From IMG/VR virus record IMGVR_UViG_3300032232_000969, positions 1 to 30,667 of that record: DNA of 30,667 nt; one strand, written 5' to 3'. The translations under genes were made by a program, and so were the position numbers. The notes under the pieces are model-generated. The model ran no database searches. It was not told the origin of the DNA and saw only the letters and a program-made list of their open reading frames with translations. Source of the stretch: a virus. Its lineage: Duplodnaviria; Caudoviricetes. Position 1 is the stretch's first letter. Each line of letters begins with the position of its first letter. This document shows positions 26,228 to 30,667 of this stretch, piece after piece.

Positions 26228-26925
26228 TTTCATTTATAATTCCATGTTATAACGAAGAAAAACATATTAAAGAATGTATTCGTTCTATACGTAAAAACGT
26301 ATGGTATGTTCCTTATGAAATTATTGTTGTTGACAATAACTGCACTGATAGAACAGCTGAAATTGCTGAGTTAGAACTTGCTAAAGTTGTTAAGGAACCA
26401 CGCAAAGGTGTAGTGTATGCAAGACAAGCTGGTTATGAAGCTGCTACCGGACGACTGATTGCAAACATTGATGCTGATTCACAGATAACTGATGGTTGGG
26501 TTTGGGAAGCATTGAGTTGCCTATCAAATGACCATGTTGTTGCTGTAACTGGACCTCTTGAATATAATGGTGCTAGTTTTAAGCTTCGTATGCTAACGAA
26601 GTTCTATTACTTCCTCGCTAAAATCAGCAACGATTATATCGGTGTGTTCCTTCAAGGAGGAAACGCTATGATTAAAAAGAAAGCACTAGATGACGTTGGT
26701 GGATATGATCTATCCATTGCTTTCTATGGCGAAGACACAATGACTGCAAAGCGTATTCAGCATCTCGGTAAGATTGTGTTCAATATGTACATGGTCACCA
26801 CAACTTCCCCAAGAAGAATTGAAGAGCAAGGTTTAATTAAAACAACCTGGCTTTATATGACTAATTATTTTTCTGTGACGTTCAAAGGCAAATCTACAAC
26901 GAACGATTACAAGGATTTTAGATGA
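26224..26925 (+). CDS. GT2-family glycosyltransferase
   Basis: ISFIIPCYNEE, IIVVDNNCTD, ARQAG, DAD, GEDT and TSPRR; ATGA overlap with the cyclase stop. Confidence 0.9.
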   Translation: MISFIIPCYNEEKHIKECIRSIRKNVWYVPYEIIVVDNNCTDRTAEIAELELAKVVKEPRKGVVYARQAGYEAATGRLIANIDADSQITDGWVWEALSCLSNDHVVAVTGPLEYNGASFKLRMLTKFYYFLAKISNDYIGVFLQGGNAMIKKKALDDVGGYDLSIAFYGEDTMTAKRIQHLGKIVFNMYMVTTTSPRRIEEQGLIKTTWLYMTNYFSVTFKGKSTTNDYKDFR

Positions 26926-27650
26926 AGTCATACAAAACAGTATTCATATCAGATATTCATTTGGGCACAAAAATGAGCAGTGCTGATAAGCTGCTTGAAT
27001 TTATGAAAACATTTGAATGTGAAAAAATATATCTGGTTGGTGATATTGTTGATTGTTGGGCTATGTCAAAGAAAACTATATGGTCTCAATTTCATAATGA
27101 CGTGATTCAAAAGCTGCTTCGTAGAGCCAGAAAAGGTACTGAAATTGTTTATATACCCGGAAACCACGATGATGTTATGCGCAACTATTGTGATAACGAA
27201 TTTGGTCATATTATTATGGTTAGGGAAGCCATACATGTGGGAGTCGATGGCAGGATATATCTTGTTACTCATGGTGATCAGTTTGATGTTGTAATTCGAA
27301 ATGCTGAATGGCTTTCTCATCTTGGCTCATGGGCATATGATCTTAGTATCGACATGAGTCTTTTCATTAATAAAATTAGAACAGTATTTGGTATGAAATA
27401 CTGGTCACTGTCTGCTTACCTTAAAGGCACAGTAAAAGAATCGGTTAACTTCATTGGCAACTATGAAGAAACGCTATGCAACTATGTCAAAGGTAAAAAG
27501 CTAGATGGTATCATTTGCGGTCATATTCACCATGCTAATATTCGTGATATTGGCGGCATTAGATATATGAATTGTGGCGATTGGGTAGAGTCATGTACCG
27601 CCTTGGTAGAAAACAATGACGGTACATTTGAAATAATCAATTGGAAATAA
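26922..27650 (+). CDS. Metallophosphoesterase, PlcP/LpxH2-like
   Basis: SDIHLG, GDIVD, HNDVIQKLLR, PGNHD, HGDQFD, YWSLS, CGHIH and NCGDWVESCTAL; ATGA overlap with the GT2 gene. Confidence 0.85.
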   Translation: MKSYKTVFISDIHLGTKMSSADKLLEFMKTFECEKIYLVGDIVDCWAMSKKTIWSQFHNDVIQKLLRRARKGTEIVYIPGNHDDVMRNYCDNEFGHIIMVREAIHVGVDGRIYLVTHGDQFDVVIRNAEWLSHLGSWAYDLSIDMSLFINKIRTVFGMKYWSLSAYLKGTVKESVNFIGNYEETLCNYVKGKKLDGIICGHIHHANIRDIGGIRYMNCGDWVESCTALVENNDGTFEIINWK

Positions 27651-27651
27651 A

Positions 27652-28005
27652 CTATTTGTGTTTGGCTGCTAACTCTTCGGCAGCTTTGACTTGTTTATCA
27701 GCAGCCTCTAATTCACGTCTCTGTGCTTTAGCGGCTGTTTCTACGTCATGGAGATGACGCTCTGATTCAATCTCTTTACCACGTAGCTGTAAAACAATAT
27801 TAATTTTTTGATTCAAACGGATTAAATCATTGTCTAACATGCGAATACGATCTATAAGTGCTATAAGTACAGTACTGGCTTCGCTTGTAACGGGTTTGAT
27901 TTCTTTAGTTGCCCATGTCCAAACATAATAAATCATATAACCCATACCGCCAGCGGCAACAATAGGAAACCCGTACTTATTGATTAATTCTGCAATTCCA
28001 CCCAT
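27652..28005 (-). CDS. Small membrane protein (single TM plus coiled coil), paralog of the neighbouring gene
   Basis: YGFPIVAAGGMGY TM segment, then ALIDRIRMLDNDLIRL. Confidence 0.75.
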   Translation of the reverse strand: MGGIAELINKYGFPIVAAGGMGYMIYYVWTWATKEIKPVTSEASTVLIALIDRIRMLDNDLIRLNQKINIVLQLRGKEIESERHLHDVETAAKAQRRELEAADKQVKAAEELAAKHK

Positions 28006-28008
28006 TTA

Positions 28009-28290
28009 TCAATCCCTTCTTGCGTCGTTTTTACCATCGGCGCGAGCGATACGATCTGTATCAGGTTTCACACCAAGTGCATTCGAAACCAATGTATCAA
28101 TTCTGATAACATCATGATTCATTGTTTTAACTCTATTATCCAAGGCAGTGATAATGCCCGACAAACCTTTGACAGAGCTCATAACACCAGCCAGAATAAA
28201 CTTCATAGTAAGAAACACAAAATAACCACCAGCACATGCTGCAGCAATTGGAAATCCTACTTCTGCGACTAATTTAAACCATTGATCCAT
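28009..28290 (-). CDS. Small membrane protein (single TM plus coiled coil)
   Basis: VGFPIAAACAGGY TM segment, then ALDNRVKTMNHDVIRI; AAGGTG RBS. Confidence 0.75.
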   Translation of the reverse strand: MDQWFKLVAEVGFPIAAACAGGYFVFLTMKFILAGVMSSVKGLSGIITALDNRVKTMNHDVIRIDTLVSNALGVKPDTDRIARADGKNDARRD

Positions 28291-28305
28291 GTAGCACCTT
28301 TTCAG

Positions 28306-28334
28306 TTGACTAATTAATAAAAATATAGTATATT
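28306..28334 (+). promoter_or_regulatory. sigma70-type promoter for nrdA
   Basis: TTGACT (28306-28311), 17-nt spacer, TATATT (28329-28334); AAGGAG RBS downstream. Confidence 0.6.
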
Positions 28335-28338
28335 TAGA
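28331..28338 (-). promoter_or_regulatory. Late-promoter-like element for the minus-strand gene pair
   Basis: Reverse complement reads TCTAAATA, about 40 nt upstream of ATG 28290. Confidence 0.5.
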
Positions 28339-28357
28339 TACAAGGAGAATTTAGCAA

Positions 28358-30649
28358 ATGATGGCCAGTATTCAAGTAACAAAAAGAAACGGTAGAAAAG
28401 AACCCCTTGATCTAAACAAATTCCATAAAGTTGTGGCTTGGGCTTGCGAAGGTATCAACTCTGTTTCCGAATCAGAGATTGAGCTCAAGTCGCATATCCA
28501 GTTTTACAATGGTATCAAAACAACAGACATTCAAGAAACTCTGATCAAAGCAGCAGCTGACCTAATTAGCGAAGAATCTCCTGGTTACCAGTATGTTGCT
28601 GGTCGTCTTATCAACTATCATCTAAGGAAACAGGTTTATGGAGACTACAACGTTCCTCATCTTTCTGATCATATTGGGCGTGTTATTGACGCTGGATACT
28701 ATGACCGTGATATTAAAGAATATTATTCTGATTCTGAGCTTAACACTCTTAATTCATATCTCGATCACAAACGGGACTTTTCAATCGCTTATGTTGGCAT
28801 GGAACAGTTTCGTGGCAAATATTTGATCAAGAATAGAGCAACTGGCTATATATATGAAACACCACAGTTTTGTTATATGCTAATTGCGATGGTGTTGTTT
28901 AGAAATTATCCCAAAGAAACCCGCTTGAAGTGGGTAAAGGATCTCTATGACGCAACATCTACTTTTGAAATTTCATTGCCGACTCCTATTATGGCAGGTC
29001 TCCGCTCGCCTCAGAAGCAATTCTCTTCGTGCGTCCTTATCGAGACAGATGACAGCCTTGATTCCATCAATGCTTCAGCTTCCGCAATTGTTAAGTACGT
29101 TTCTCAAAAAGCTGGTATTGGTATTAATGCTGGTCGTATTCGTGCTCTCGGCTCTCCTATTCGCGCAGGTGATACTACGCATACTGGAGTGGTGCCTTTC
29201 TTCAAGCACTTCCAAAGTGCGGTTAAGAGTTGCTCACAGGGAGGTGTCCGTGGCGGTGCAGCAACTTTATACTACCCTATCTGGCATTTGGAAGTCGAAG
29301 ACCTCCTGGTATTAAAGAACAACAAAGGTACAGAAGATAATCGTATCCGTGGTTTGGATTATGGTGTCCAATTTAATAAGGTGATGTATGAAAGACTACT
29401 TTGTGGAGGTAACATCAGTTTGTTTTCGCCCAATGACGTTCCTGCTCTTTATGATGCTTTCTTTGTGGACGTGGATAAGTTTCGAACTCTTTACTTGGCA
29501 GCAGAAGCAGATCCAACAATCAGAAGAAAGTCAATTCCAGCAGTTGAACTCTTTTCAGCTTTCATGCAAGAGCGCAAAGACACAGGGCGAATTTACCTGC
29601 AAAATGTCGACCACGCAAACGACCATGGATCATTCATCAAAGAACTAGCTCCTATCCATCAGTCTAATCTTTGCTGCGAGATTGATCTTCCTACCAAGCC
29701 ACTAAATGATATTAATGATCCCGATGGTGAAATTTCTCTTTGTACATTAGCTGCTATCAACTGGGGTAAAATCCGTGAACCTTCTGATTTCGAGCGTCCT
29801 TGCACTCTTGCTGTACGTGCCCTTGATGAGTTGCTTGATTATCAAGAGTATCCAGTGGTGGCAGCGAAAAACTCTACGATGGCAAGACGCCCTCTGGGCG
29901 TTGGTATTATTAATTTGGCTTATTGGCTTGCTAGAAATGACCTTGGTTACCAAGATATCGATCACGATGGATTGGCCAAACTACATACTTTTGCGGAGGC
30001 TTGGTCTTATTATCTAATCAAAGCATCAGTTGATCTAGCAGAGGAGAAGGGTGCCTGTGAAAAGAGTAATGAAACAAAATATAGTCAAGGTGCGTTCCCC
30101 ATACACACCTACAAGAGAGAACTGGACGAAATCGTATCGCCGACGTATCGGATGGACTGGGTTTCATTGGGCGATAAAGTTCAGCGTGTCGGCATCCGCA
30201 ACTCAACTCTTATGGCTCTCATGCCATCAGAAACATCAGCACAGATTAGCAACGCAACGAATGGTATCGAGCCACCAAGGTCGCTTGTCTCTGTTAAACA
30301 GTCTAAGGACGGTGTGCTCAAACAAGTGGTTCCTGAAGTCCGCAAGCTTAAGAAGAAGTATGACCTACTTTGGGACCAGCAATCCCCCGAAGGTTATCTC
30401 AAAATCTGTGCCGTACTACAGAAGTTCATCGATCAAGGAATATCCGTTAACACCTCGTACAATCCAAAGTTCTACGAAGATGAAAAGATACCGATGAGTG
30501 ATATGATTGGGCATCTGTTGATGTTCTATAAGTATGGTGGAAAACAATTATATTATTTCAACACCAATGATGGTGCTGGTGAATATGAAGAAGCACCTTT
30601 GGCAGCTGGCGTAGATAACGAAGAGGATTGTGAGTCGTGCAAAATATGA
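28358..30649 (+). CDS. nrdA: Class Ia ribonucleotide reductase large subunit
   Basis: N-terminal ATP cone (VTKRNGRKE); PTPIMAG, QFSSCVL, SQGGVRGG, catalytic SNLCCEI, MPSETS, LYY and C-terminal CESC. Confidence 0.97.
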   Translation: MMASIQVTKRNGRKEPLDLNKFHKVVAWACEGINSVSESEIELKSHIQFYNGIKTTDIQETLIKAAADLISEESPGYQYVAGRLINYHLRKQVYGDYNVPHLSDHIGRVIDAGYYDRDIKEYYSDSELNTLNSYLDHKRDFSIAYVGMEQFRGKYLIKNRATGYIYETPQFCYMLIAMVLFRNYPKETRLKWVKDLYDATSTFEISLPTPIMAGLRSPQKQFSSCVLIETDDSLDSINASASAIVKYVSQKAGIGINAGRIRALGSPIRAGDTTHTGVVPFFKHFQSAVKSCSQGGVRGGAATLYYPIWHLEVEDLLVLKNNKGTEDNRIRGLDYGVQFNKVMYERLLCGGNISLFSPNDVPALYDAFFVDVDKFRTLYLAAEADPTIRRKSIPAVELFSAFMQERKDTGRIYLQNVDHANDHGSFIKELAPIHQSNLCCEIDLPTKPLNDINDPDGEISLCTLAAINWGKIREPSDFERPCTLAVRALDELLDYQEYPVVAAKNSTMARRPLGVGIINLAYWLARNDLGYQDIDHDGLAKLHTFAEAWSYYLIKASVDLAEEKGACEKSNETKYSQGAFPIHTYKRELDEIVSPTYRMDWVSLGDKVQRVGIRNSTLMALMPSETSAQISNATNGIEPPRSLVSVKQSKDGVLKQVVPEVRKLKKKYDLLWDQQSPEGYLKICAVLQKFIDQGISVNTSYNPKFYEDEKIPMSDMIGHLLMFYKYGGKQLYYFNTNDGAGEYEEAPLAAGVDNEEDCESCKI

Positions 30650-30667
30650 TGAAACAATATGCTGGAA

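Noticed and set aside
26922-27650. Calling this gene lpxH (lipid A biosynthesis)
   Set aside because: It has GNHD rather than the GNRD of E. coli-type LpxH and looks closer to the PlcP/LpxH2 group, so no symbol was assigned.
30646-30667. Start of a further ORF after nrdA
   Set aside because: Only about 7 codons are visible (ATGA overlap), too short to identify.

Overview
A 30.7-kb segment of a T4-like (Tevenvirinae/Kyanoviridae-type) myophage genome, almost all on the + strand. The replication and nucleotide genes (gp43 DNA polymerase, uvsX, gp41 helicase, gp61 primase, thyX, nrdA) lie downstream of sigma70-type TTGACT-N16/17-TATAAT-like promoters. Two large accessory blocks interrupt them, each starting at a T4 late promoter (TATAAATA). 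Block 1 (about 6.4-18.0 kb) holds a candidate stand-alone structured ncRNA and several ORFs that begin with T4 internal-protein-like capsid-targeting N-termini and carry putative prohead-protease sites: a HAD phosphatase, a PD-(D/E)XK-like protein, a ligase-like/cytidylyltransferase-like fusion and modular low-complexity proteins. It also holds dps and small virion proteins. Block 2 (about 20.9-28.3 kb) is a tightly coupled operon: csgF, csgG, a curlin-like gene, a FecR-domain gene, a small curlin-like gene, a CHASE2 adenylate cyclase, a GT2 glycosyltransferase and a PlcP/LpxH2-like phosphoesterase, faced by two paralogous small membrane proteins. This block looks like a phage-encoded amyloid-secretion plus envelope-to-cAMP signalling and lipid-remodelling system. 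All calls come from reading motifs by eye; no searches were run. No tRNA, rRNA, CRISPR array, intron or intein was seen.
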